Source: Paraspadella gotoi
Lineage: Eukaryota; Animalia; Chaetognatha
Assembly (NCBI GenBank): GCA_051294375.1
Contig: CM119268.1
Location: forward strand, 9,804,370 to 9,868,369
DNA: 64,000 nt
Direction of reading: 5' to 3'
Every line of letters begins with the position of its first letter. Position 1 is the stretch's first letter. Below are positions 26,601-39,908 of this stretch, piece after piece. The position numbers and the translations under genes are program-made. The notes beneath the pieces were generated by a model, which was not told the DNA's origin, ran no database searches, and saw only the letters and a program-made list of their open reading frames with translations.

Positions 26601-29600
26601 AAAAAATGAGCGCTCTTAACACACTTTCCTTCTTAATTCCGAGCACTTTTATTCTTTCCCCTCTTTACGTACTCTTTTTTTTTTATTCCTCCCGTTTCTT
26701 TTCCTATTGAGCTCTCTTATCTCTCTCTGTCTGCCCACTATCTTCGCATACTCAAATCCACCGTTTTCTTTCCAAAAATCTTTCGCCATCTCCTTTCGCA
26801 GCCAATGGAAGCCCAACAAGCTGCCGCCCGTCGAAAATTTTGTCAAAATTCAACAAAATCTTAGTCATGGTCGATCTTTTTCTTTTTCAAACAAACTCGT
26901 CGCTTCCGCCCGGCGAAAGGGCGCTCCCCCTATCTCGAACGTCTTCCGCCGTCGCCGTGTCGTCTCCATGGCAACAAAGGGGACGATTCCGGCCATCGTT
27001 TTTTCGTCCCGGCCACCAAGAGGAGCCGCGGGTCGTGTCCGACCCAGGTGGGCGAAGCGGCGGCGTAATAAGAGAGCAGCACGCAGGGCGTTTGACGGAG
27101 CAGACGAGGATGACAGGGTGCCAGACGGCGTGGAAATGTAGGGAAAGGAACAACAAAAAGACATAATTTGGCACGCCATGGCGGTCCATACAGCCAACAT
27201 AGTCAACTTTTCGAGACGCCGTTATAAATGGGAGAAAAGTTCTGATTTGGGGGGGGGAAAATGGCATATGAAATGATATAAATCATATAATCAATAATAC
27301 AATAATGAACCTCCCCTCTCGCAACATTAAAAACAAGGATTCGGTTTAATTCCAAGGTGTTTGCGGGCGGGCCGCCATTAACTTTTCCTTTTTACTTATC
27401 AATATCTATTTATTCTTTTATAGCTAATAAGATTTCTTTAAAACAAAAGGCGGCGCAGTAGTCGCTTAGATTTGATTTTTAACAAAGGAGCAACAAGCTA
27501 TAGGCAAGTTATAAAGCTGTTTTTTAACGTAAGTGGGACAGACCGACGGACAAACCATACTTATAGAGTTGTCCGCGAGTAACTCGCGGCGGCAACTAAA
27601 AACGATAAAAATGGGTTGGTCTACCGCTCCTGGTAAACAGCTTTCAACTTCCCAATCGCGACTCCTACGAGCCCCGTCTCTGACGGCTGAGGGAGCTACG
27701 GATCCGTAGAGGAACAGCAGAGGGCGTTGAAGCGTGGCTTGAGGAAACTCAATCCTTTTGAAGTGAACGCGACGAAGCAGAAAAGAAGCCAACGGAAATT
27801 TCGACGTCGAGAATCTGGACGGGCGTTGGAGGCGGCGGAAGGGAGGTTGGGAGGGCAGGAGTTTGGATGATAAGGGTTCTTGTATTGTGTCACGGAAATA
27901 TTTGTGTATAATCCTTTTTTTCCTTTTCGTTGAGTTTTTTGAAAGATTTAGAAGAAGCGTGTTTGTCCTGTCAACGGCCCTAATCTCGTTTACAATAATG
28001 TAGAAGTTTATTTAGGCAGCCCATTATGGCAACAGCCGGGTTGCCTGTGAATGCCATTGGGTGGGCGCAGACTCACCGGAGGCTTTGGGGGCTTTCCGAC
28101 CCTCAGTGACGCCCTCCAGTCCACTGGCGCGGTTGCCCTAGGAACAGACTCGCTTTGCCAACGCAGAGGGAAGTCGTTAGGACTCGTGGATCGAGGCACA
28201 ACGCCTGGGATGGTGCATTCCCCCTCTGAGCCAATGGGATTGGGCTGAAACGAATGATGGACGGTGTCAGTGGTGAATATACCGCACACCAATCAAAAAT
28301 TTTAAAAATTCTGTTCGTTCAATTTCGATAATCATTCTATGATACCTAAAATGATTAACTCTGACGCTTCTCTGTCCTTTGACCGCCCTTTTCCTCGAAT
28401 GTATACATCAATAAAAATGATAATTATGACATGTAAGTATTCGTATTGCTGTAAAAATGAAGTTCTTCAAGTCGTTGAATTGTTGTCGCAGTAAAAGATT
28501 AAATAAAACCTAAGTCAACGTCCTTATTTCCGATATTCCACTGTTGCACAACATCAATCACATTCGGTCGACTTCCACAGAGTTGCACAGAATAAATCTC
28601 AGCCCGGAGGGCGCTCCTCGATGAACTCTTGGGCGGCCACGCCCCCACGGCGGCGGAGATGACCGCAGAGGATCCGAAGATTTCGTCCCAGAGTTGACCG
28701 AAGTGGCTGAGAAGTGGCGTGGAAGAAGGTGGAAGCCGAATCCACGACTATGAAGGAGAATCCACAGATCGTCGAATCCCCAGCTGGGATGGTGTGGAGG
28801 TTGTCACGTTTGTGTGCGGGGAGAAAACCCAAAACTTTTAACTTACCAACGCAGCGCGCGTAACTGCGGTAGAGAACAGAAGCTCACGGTGGCGCAGGTG
28901 AAGAAGAGAACGTTGCCTGAGGGTGTTGAAAACTCTCGACGATGTGTCGGGAGAAAACGTAGTTTGGTTCGCACCAGTCGATATCGGAACTTTGGTACCG
29001 AACGTCCTCCACCAGGCGGAGGCCGAGGATCAAATGGGCGATTGCCTGGAAGAGTGGGAAGTAGGGTGGGGAATGCTGGAAATGAGATTAGAATGGAGGG
29101 CAGAAGTGGAACAGAATCGCATTTTGGAGGATTAATTGGGTTGAAAAAATACAAAGGAGAGAGAGAAGGAGAGTGAGAGAGTGAGTGAGTGAGTGCGAGA
29201 GAATTTAATGATTTGAACTCAAATGATCTCTGTTATTCAAAATATTTATTTCGGCGTGTTTCATTTTACCAAACTTTAGTAAGCTTGATCAGACTTATCC
29301 AATAATTATCTGAGTTGTTGATGATATATTAATAGTTAACCGTGATGTCTCCATATTTCTCCCTAACGATGACCTCATGAGTCAATTCGCCACAAAGATT
29401 TTCGATATCAACATGACCCAGCAAAAAAATTGACGCAAGCGATAACATCTTTTCTTCCGAGTGATGTCTTTTTACCTGTGGTTTTTCACATGAATATTCG
29501 AAGAAAAGTCAGCGAGGCTTTTGGCTATTTTTTTCGTTCATGTTGGTAAACAGGGTTTTCACGAATAGTATGATATTTAAACCTTTTTGTTTTTTTTTAA

Positions 29601-32600
29601 ATTCAAAAGGTGTAAAAAAAACCCAATAAAATGCTTTTGCGGATTTTGTAAGGAATGAAATTGTTTTCATCGTCAAGTTTGGATTAGCAAGATTATCTTT
29701 ATTGTGTTTATTGAAGATTAAAATATTTTTTCCAGTTTCTATACGAAATATTAACTAGCTTAAAGAATTCTTCATTTTTGTTTCTGACTGTTAGTTTAAT
29801 TTCCAAAGACGAACGACGATAACGAAAGATAAAGTAACTATGACGAAATGAAGGAAGAATGACTAAAGCACAAGAAAATGCAACGACTTTCATTGTTTGG
29901 CTTTATTCGACGTTTTGTTTTAACAACCGCGACAATGATGCTCTTTACTTTTATTGTCCGAATAATTTATCGTGGGGACGTCGGAATTGTTGTTAACTGT
30001 TGTTAACTGGCCTTGATAGAAAAAAAAAAAAAAAAAATCCTTATTTTTTTTTTGTTTTTAATTTGAATTTTCAGTCCGCTTTGGAAAAAAAGAGAAAAAA
30101 AATGCGAAGAGATTTTTCTTTTTTTGTCCTTCCGGTCCCATCTCTCTCTCTCTCTCTCGCTCCGCTTTCTCTCTCCTTCTCACGCTCTCTTTCCTCCGTC
30201 CTCCTCTCTCTCCTCTCTCTTCTCTCGCTCTCTCCTCGTTGCTCATCGATTTTCCTTTCTTTTTTAATGCCGAAATAAATTTTTTTTTACTCCGAGTTTC
30301 AATCTTTGGCGTTCTGAGATCGAAGGGGAGAAAGGATGTCGCGCCCCGTAGGAAGTCTCGAAAATTGACTCGTCAAGCAACCTTCTTTCCCGCACGAAAA
30401 ATAAGTCTGAAAAATTATCAATTTTGTCTTCCGTCTAGAAGAAACAATGTGAAAAAAGGTGTTATTAAAAATCCTGGGGTTTTCGGTTTAAGTAAGACGG
30501 TTATTTATTTTAAAGCTTTTTGTTCACAGTTGGTTTTTTTTTTTTTTTAAACTTCTATTTGCGTTCTCACGGGTTCCCCCAAAAGAAGCAAGATCTTATT
30601 ACTCTCCAAGCAAATCCGCGGGGGCAAAACAATGTTGATTATTTTAAATAAACCGAACAGGAAAATAGTTATTTTAGCCTGTGGAGCCCTGGTATAATCA
30701 CGAGGGAAACAATTTTGAAATACTCAAGGTTTAAAACCGGCCAAGCAAATCGTTTTTGTTTCAACTGTGTAAATTGTCCCTTATTTAATGGTTGAAACTT
30801 AATATCGAAAGATCTTTTGTTGCAAAAGTTTGTTGTGATCGAGACAGAAAAAAAATGACGGCTTGCCGTTATCATTCCGAATTTTTGTACTTTATTTCGA
30901 TTTGAAAATGAAGGGCTAAATAAATACTGTTTAAAAAATCCCTTTTGGTTCAATATCTTTGTAAACTAAGTTTGTCACGCTTTTTTTACTCCATTTAAAC
31001 ATTGAACCAGAGTTTTAAAAGCTAAATATATTCACGGGTTTTTTCATATTTATCGATTAATGCATATTTTTGGATAAATAGTCTACTCGCCAATCAAACC
31101 GTATATTAAACCAGAAAATACGCCTAATTATCTTCTCTTATTGCTAGATCTTTTCTGAATAAAATCTTTATTTGATGTAATGAGTCTTTTAATAGACCGA
31201 GACAAAGTCGAGAAGCAGCAGCCGTAGAGGAAGACAATAGGAACATCGAGAAAAATAATAGACTGGCATAACTGAAATGGCGATCGAAAGAAAATTCTTC
31301 AAGTAAACTATATCAAAAGTAGTAAAAGAAGTAATAACAATACTTCTTCAATTTTGAGCTTTCCTCCGGCTAATTTCGCCGCTAAAAAGCAGATGTAAGT
31401 TCCGTCGAACAAAACCAAACTAACATTGAAACCATCACCTACAGATTTAATCAAAATATTAAGCCGACTAATGTTTAAAAAAAAAAATTATCATTTCCGG
31501 AAATTGTCATTGGTCTGCTTTTCATGTTCAATAATGCGCTAGAGCTTAACCTTGTTTGAAGGGGCGGATTTCATCGAACGAATGATATTCAGAATTAACA
31601 CTTCCCCAAGAACCTGCGAGAGATACCTTTTGTAATAAAAATTTAAAAAAACAAATAGAATCAAATACTAGATTTTAAAAATCCTTAATCGTCGTCAGCC
31701 GGCGTCGCCGATCGTCACCAAGATTGAATGATGGCGGTGGCAAGTTGCTTCTGAAACGCCTGCAATTTATCGATCGAATCGTGAAGGCGACAAAAGCGTC
31801 CACCAGAAAAATGGCCCGCCGCCGTACACGCGAAAAATCGTTCGAACTGGATGTTGTTTATACTTGTAGTTAACGAAAAAAGATGATACGCAAGAAGGGA
31901 TTAATATAAATTAATCGTCCAGCGTATACAGATATTTAACTCGCCACTATAACACTACAACGAACCTGCTGCATATCGCCGAGATTAACAAGCCGGTTGT
32001 GGGTCCTTTGTATTTAAGGTACGATAAGCAACCTGTTGCAATCCTTCTTCAACTTGGCTTTCGAAAAAATACCAAATGTATTTTCAGTTAATGGTTAAAG
32101 ATGGAAGAGAGAGAACGTGATGAAAAACTCGAATTTTCGTGTCCTTCAGTTTGTCCTTAGATTCCGCTCACGGTGAAAATTTTTACCTAAGAAAGTCCTT
32201 TCTTTAGCCCAAGAAATACTCTTTGTTTTAGTTTTTTCCCTTGATCACACACATAATGTTCAATATATGTAGTTTAATAAATGCTATTCATAGCTATCAG
32301 TTAAAAATACATACAAGAAGAATGCCGAATACACGAAAATTAAATATTTTACAATCCGGGTCAAATGCTTTCTCGTTCGACCTTCCCGCACCTGGGACCA
32401 ATTTCGTTAAAACGAAAGCGAAGAAGTGGTGTCCGCTGTCGACTCCAATATGGCACCCACGCAAAGAGTATCGTCCCGAAGACCTTTTTCACGTAATTAT
32501 CTATTTTAATTAAATCATTTAGATTTGCTATCGTATTCCGACGCTGCCAACAAGGCTTTAATGATGGCCGGGATAATTTGGAAAATGCCTCTTCCGAATT

Positions 32601-32691
32601 GTCGAAGATATCGGTTTACCATCTCGGGATAATGAATGACGAGCTTCCTGCCGTACCGGGAAATCTTACAGATCGGAGAGGAGAGAGAGAG

Positions 32692-32736
<45 letters not shown>

Positions 32737-33735
32737 AGAAGAGAAGAGAGAAGAAGAGAGAAGAGAGGAGAGAGAGAGTTTTTCAGAGAGATCCCCGCAA
32801 AAGAACGCTATATACTTATCTGAACCGATAAAACTTCCTCCGCGACATCGACTAACCGACTTTCTTTCCAGGCTGCGCCAAACGCTCTCGTCAAGCTGAA
32901 ACAACAAAGGAATATTTTGATTTAGCCATTGACCATTTTATTCAAACCGTCCGCGTACATAACCCAACCCCCCCCCCCTAAACGTCAATCCCCTCCACCC
33001 CGCCCCCTCCACCTGATGGTGGTGGGAAACGAGTCTGGGATCGAGATCTCCCACGACCGTTTCACAATTCGATTTTCGCAGCGCACGGGGATTTTTTTTG
33101 CGCTTCCTCTTCTGGAGGATTTTTCGGCGGGAGGGTGCGAGGAGTCGTGATTAGGGAGGAGGGATTTCGTTGGAGGGGTAAGATGGCCCGGAAGAAGTTG
33201 GTGGGTCGGGATTTTTGAGGAAATGATTGTAAATAGAAAAAGAAATAGAAAATAGAATAAAATTTTAAAACGGTGGGTAAATCCTCCTTCTTCTCCTCTC
33301 CCTCTCCTCCCCTCTCTATATCTCCTTCTCTCCTCCCTCCCTCTTCTCTCTCTCCTCTTTTGGGATTATTTGGAAAAGAAAGACGTCCTGGCCATAAATT
33401 GCAAATTGGAAAGATTTCATATTCTGTCCTTTACCAAATATCCCAAATATCCAGATAAGATGTCCAATTAGCCTTCATTATCTTAAACCGTTCCACCTCT
33501 ACATAAGTTTAAAGTCAGTTTAAAAAAAATTTTTTAATAATCTTAAAAAACTCGCATCGAGTTCATCTTAAGTCGCTTTTTTAAGGGCCTAACTCAGTGC
33601 CTAAAGCCCACGCAGATCAATGTTCAAATGTTCAACATGTTCTCTCTCTCTCTCTCTCTCCTCTCTCATCAACTCTCCCTCCTCTATCTCTCTTCTTATC
33701 TCTCTCTCTCTCTCTCTATCTCTCTCTCACCCTCA

Positions 33736-33771
<36 letters not shown>

Positions 33772-36700
33772 TTTCCCTCTCCTCTCCCTCTCCTCTCCTC
33801 TCACCCTGGATTGAATATTAGTCCCGATCATAGCTGGGCGCGACGGAGTCAGATGCTTCAACGATGACGGCGTCGTCATGGCTTCTTCGAATTTTATCGT
33901 CTTCCTCGTCGCGTCGTCGTCGTCGTCCTCCTTTTCTTCTCTTTCCCCGGGTCGTCGTCGTCATCGTCGTCGTTCTGGAAACGTTCCACACCATGGGGAG
34001 GGGAGTTTTCGTTTTATCGTCGGCTTCGTCGTCGTCGTCGTCGTCGAATGTGTCGCCGTTGTTTGAAAGGGTGGCGCTGCGACTCGTCGTCGTCTTTTTC
34101 CTTTTTTGCTTCTTCGATGAGGAGCGTCCGCTTTTCGTGGGATAAAAGAGTCGAGATTAGGTTTGAGAGAGGAAATAAGGATTTTAGAAATAAAATTAAT
34201 GAATATGATTAAACTAATTCGACGCGCCACCGATTTATGATAGGTATGTATATAACTATTTAGGTTTGTTATTTAAAAAAACTGGAAAATATTTAGTATT
34301 TTTTAGTTTTATTTTAGTTTTCCCTCAACAACTAACCCCTGACTTGGTCATATTGAACTGCCGGATACAAATTCACCGTAGTTTTTTTGCGATATTTCTT
34401 TTCCATTAAATTTTTTTTTTGAGGAAAAAACGTCATTTTTTTGCGTCAAGTTTAAAGAAAAAAAAAAAATCCTTTCCGATGAGGAAAAAAGTAGAGCTTT
34501 ACATTGTTGATAAAAGTTATCCCTTTCAGAAGAGATTGATTGATTGATTGGCCCAAATGATTGATTTCCTTATCACGCCTCATCCCGTTTCCATTGGTCC
34601 GCTTTCTTCTCGGCTCTCCCCACGGGCGGTTCAAGCATGGCCCGCCCGAAAGCTCCTTCAGCCCGATGACGGAGGCTCTCTCCCCAAGCAGCGGCTCGTC
34701 AATCGAACCCGTCCTCAACTTCGGCGACCTTCCCAAGATGGGTCGTTTTCCGGCCCCGAACCGCCGTCCGAGTATTCGCTTCCGTTGCCCCTCGCCGATC
34801 GACACTGCTGGGGTGGGTGTTTATGAAAGAAGGATTAAATAGTAGTAGTATATAGAAGTCTAATAATTGAATTGGATAAAGAAATAAGTAAATAGTAGTA
34901 AAGAATATTAAAATCATTGAATTTAAAGAAAAAAACAGTAGTATATTAATGAAAATTAATCCAAAAATAAATAAATTTAAAAAAATAAACATAAATAAAA
35001 AATAAATAAATAAATAAATAATAAATAATATAAATAATAAATAAAATAAATAATAAATAAAAAAAAAAAATAAATAAAAAAAATAAATAAAATAATNNNN
35101 NNNNNNNNNNNNNNNNNNNNNAATAAATAAATAAATAAATAAATACAAAAATTTTAAAAATATCTTCTACGTTTCGCCCTATTTTTTTACAGGTCCCGGT
35201 CCCTATCTACCTGGAAGACGCCATCAACAAACTCGCCTACAACATCCACGAGATTTGGTCGCAGTGCAAGATGGAGGCCGGTTGGCTGCACGGCCCCGCC
35301 CTCGACGAAGAGGAAAGGCTGCACCCGTGCCTCGTCGGCTTCGATCACCTGCCCGCGCTGGAGAAGGAATACGACATGACGCTCGCCGCGGAGACGATAA
35401 GGTGGCGGGAGGGAGAGTAAGATAGAAGGATGAGAAAAGACAGACAGACTGNNNNNNNNNNAGATAAAACTATTATAACTATAAAGAAAGTATTATTTCT
35501 AATATTGTTATGCGAAAAAAATTTTCGTTTTGGTCTTAAATTTTGTAACCTTCGAAGCCAANNNNNNNNNNNNNNNNNNNNNNNNNNNNNNNNNNNNNNN
35601 NNNNNNNNNNNNNNNNNNNNNNNNNNNNNNNNNNNNNNNNNNNNNNNNNNNNNNNNNNNNNNNNNNNNNNNNNNNNGCGCCCGTCACTCGCCTCAAAACC
35701 ATTCGCCTCTCCAACAATTACCTCAATCCCAACGGCTACAAACCTCAGCCGCTGGATCTCAACGCCGTCGAACTTACCCCAAGGTGAGGAAAACGAAACT
35801 GAAAAAAAAATGTTTTTTTAAAAAAACGGAAAACGGGAAAACTGCTTAACTCTTAATCATAAAGTTAGAGTAAATAATCAAACCATCACATACGCGACAC
35901 GCGGCGCGTCTAGGCGATAGTGTCTTACAATCAACAAACAATAAAATGATTTGCATATATGGAAGTCAACTGAAACGCTTTTGTCGGAAAATCTTGCTGA
36001 TCGCGAGTGATCTTAATTGTTGAAAACAGTAAAAATCATCTAATCATCATAAAATCGTAACCATTTCCCTCCACAGGGTGGAGGAGCTGATGGACCTCCT
36101 GGCCGAGAACACCCACAACGTGTGGGCGAACGACCGCATCAACTCCGGGTGGACGTATGGACTCGTGGAAGATCGATTCGCCCTGCGGAGTCAGGTCCTC
36201 ATCTCGTGCCTTACGATATGGTGGACGATATTCATTCGGAGATCGAACAGGTGGGTTTGTCTTCCGGCTCTCGGATCTCTCTCTCTCTCTCTCTGCTGTC
36301 TCTTCCTCTCTTCGGTCATCGCTCTACTCTCATCTCATCTCTCATCTCTCGTCTCTCTCTCTCTCGTCTCTCATCTCCTGATCTCATCTCTCTCCCATCC
36401 TCCATGCCCAATAGCAAGAGACCCTTAAAAGCGATGAGATGAGCATCAAGACTCTGCTTCGCCCACGGATTCTCGATGCGAGGCGTTCGCTCGTGGAGGC
36501 GGTGGAAGGGCGTGGTCAAAGGCGAGGGGGGGGGCGGGAGGGAACGCTGCGAGGCGGAGACGTCCTACGCGCCGTCACTGGGAGTGGTACTTTTACGCAG
36601 CGTGAGGGTGATGTTAGTTCTAAGACTTAGACTAACTTAGAACTTAGAGCGTAACTTTAGACTAAGTGGAGTCTTGCTTTCGGCGACTACGTCCCCCATA

Positions 36701-39700
36701 TCATTGCTTTTAATCTCTCGTTTTTTTTTTGTTTTGTTTTATTTTTTTTGTTTTGTTTTTTCTGTTTTGGCCTTTTTGAAGACGCCATTTATGACGATAT
36801 CTTTTTGCGTCGAATCAGGTTGAGCTTTTTGACGTCGGTGTCATTCTAATTGGGTGGGCGTCGCCGGGTCGACCGGCCGAGACTCAAGTCGGCGCCGACT
36901 CGGCCTTGCATTCTATCGGCTTTAAAATGCCGAAGCAAGGCTTCTTCAAAGGTTTTTTTTTCGCACTTTTTATATATATTATGGTATATTTTTTTTATTT
37001 GTTTTTGGCCTAATATGTTTATGATTTCTTATTCGTCTTCTATATTGGTCAACTTTTTTTTAATTCATTTTTTATCTTGATAACAAATGGCAGTTGACTG
37101 GTGGGTCCGTCCATCAAATTTAATTGAATAGCCATATTTGTAATAATAAATGATTTTTTACAGACGGTGAAAGCCTTTCGGAAAACCACGGCGCCGCCTG
37201 GAGAGTCATGGAACTCTTATAATTTGGATCTCAAACACCAATGCAGTAAGGAAGCGATGACAACCGAGAAAACCAATGACAATTTTTTCCTGTAGTTACG
37301 CATTAGGTTCCGATAACCTGTTAACAGTTAACGGTTATTAAACTGGGTTAAGAATAGTATTTTAACTTAACCGTTAATATATTTATTTAACGGTTAAAAT
37401 TCGTTAAAGTTTTCAAAGTATTGATTTTTATTATTTTTGTTAATGAAAACTTTGATTTTTTAAGAGAACAGTTTTTTTTCCTGTCCTCTTATTCTTCCTA
37501 TCCCTTTCTCACTATATTTTTCCCGCCTGTCTGCTTCTAGCATTTTCCCCTTTTTTTTCTTATTGTATTTTCAATATCTTTGTTAAACTTTTTGTTTCTA
37601 TCCTAATCTCTTATCATTTTTTTTTTCTGCGCCTTCCAGTATTTTTTTTGACGGTGTAACTTGTCTCCTAATGTTTTCGTTTTTCGCTTTTAGTCTATAA
37701 TTTTTATACATTTACAGTCAAAGAATATGCCTTGAATATATATATGCATCTGCATATACTTTTTCTTGCAAAATAAAATTCTTAGCATGCAATATATTCT
37801 TAGTTTTTGCTAAATAATACAAGTAAATAATGCTTTTTCTAATTAATTTTATTTTTGATCAATCGATCAGTTCAACCATTCGATTAATAAATTGATATTC
37901 ATGATAAGAGGATAACAAAGTTTTATTTGTTTGACAAATAACGGGGTTGTTTATTCCAAAACGGACATGTTTCGAACTTTAGTTTTTTCCGAGTCCTCAT
38001 CAGCGCGTTGAGAGTCAAAACATGTCCGTTTTTTTTAATAAAAACCCATTGTTTTGTAAAGCAAATAAACTTTGCTTCCAACTTATCTATAAACGCAACG
38101 AAAAGAAAAGTCTTACACAATATTCCATAATTATATTTATATTTATGGTCAATTGGTCATGGGTTTTATGAAAGACTAACAACAGAAAACATGCTTTTCA
38201 GAAACTAACAACTATAAAAATAATGAGGAAGAGAAATAGAAAAAGAAAAGCAAAAGCAAAAAAAAGAAGAGAAAGAGAAAACAAAATATACAGAATTGAA
38301 TTACATTGTGCTTTTAATTTCATGAGTCAAAAGAAAAGATTTATTTATAAGTAGCTTTTTTTAATTAAGCTGATGGTAGATTCAAGATTAGTTTTCTCAA
38401 AACACAATTTTCTCATTTAATCAACTATTTATTGTGTCCTCCATCCACTCCTGAAATAGAAGAATAAAGACGATTCAGGAGCCGGAGTTAAGGAGAAAAA
38501 TACCATTAAATAGCTTTAAATTCTCTTTTAAAATATTAATATTTTGAATTTAAAGTTAAATTATAAAATTAACGCGATTTTAACGGTTAACCGTTGAAAA
38601 ACGTTAGTTTTTTAACGGTTTAAGGCGAAGTCCTTAAATAATTAACGGTTAACGGAACCCTAGTTACGCATTATCGAAGCAATGAGAACCTACCGCTCCT
38701 GTTGTAACACCCACATTTTTTTTAAGGACTAACCTCGAAATGATTTGAAGGTAGAACATAATTTTACCCGTTGCCAGTGGCGCATGTAAAGCGTGACTAA
38801 ATTAAACACTGAACAATACACGGGCTTCTTCTCCTGCACATTTATACGAAACTGCTTTTCTTCCAATCATCTGGCTTGTTTAAACGCTGATTCTTTCCCT
38901 CCCTCATTTCAAGGCTTCACCCTCAACGGCGAGATCTGATGGCCTCGACAGGATCAGAAACGCATTTTCGAGAACATCCCTATACGAGCGAGGCTAACGT
39001 GCCGCGCATCACGTTGGGCGGCCGGTGAGATATGGAGAAGAGCGCGGTATTCGATCTGATCATTTTTGGATGAAGATTCACGTATTTATTCAACACAATG
39101 ATGTCCACTTTTCGAATTTAGATTGCAGAAGATTGTTTTAATTGCATCGATAAGTTATGAGGGGAAGGCAACTTAATTAAGTTAAAATATAAATTACCTT
39201 TTTAACAAAAGGTCAACGCGCCAAACTCAACTTCGGGTCCGCGACGTAAACTCACTCCGACTGCTTCACCAGCCTACGGACTCAGGAAGGGCTACGAGCC
39301 CTTTCCAGTCAACATGAACCCGAGACATCATCTGTGGTACAACAGGATCTTCCTGTAATTCCACTCGGCCGCTCAACATAGATCGACTGGAAATCACCAG
39401 GATTCCCGCCCGGGGTAAGGAAAAGAGAGAGGTGAGGTTTTAGAAGTTTCTTATGAGAATTTTTCCCGGCGCGTCTTGATTCAACGTTTGTAAACAAACA
39501 AACTGAACCGAACGCTTTTTTAAAATTTGGACAGTAGACTCCCTCACCGCCGGCTCTACAAGTCTCCATAAATCCTTGCGGAACTCTGTCTAAAGTCCAG
39601 CACGGATATTCTCAGACTCAGTCTCCCCGTCACGTGCTCGAAGCGTCAAAGGTAAATCAACTGCTTTTGTTTTTCCTTCGATCTCATTTTCCACCGTTTT

Positions 39701-39862
39701 TTTTTTTTTTTTTTTTTTTTCTTTTAAGTTCTAATTAGAATTTTTGAAAATTTTCTTTTTCCGATTTCTAGGCAATTCAGTCGTCGAAGCGATCTTCCAT
39801 CACATGACGCAAGTTCACGCATGACGACGATGCGAGATCACAAGATGACTACAGGTGAGAAT

Positions 39863-39908
<46 letters not shown>

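Noticed and set aside
26865-29400. Third ACER copy or ACER pseudogene
   Set aside because: Lies in the indel-rich duplicate block; the error pattern fits uncorrected long reads
34596-34812. Mutually exclusive duplicate RyR exon
   Set aside because: Part of the same probable artefactual duplication, frameshifted and with near-identical flanks
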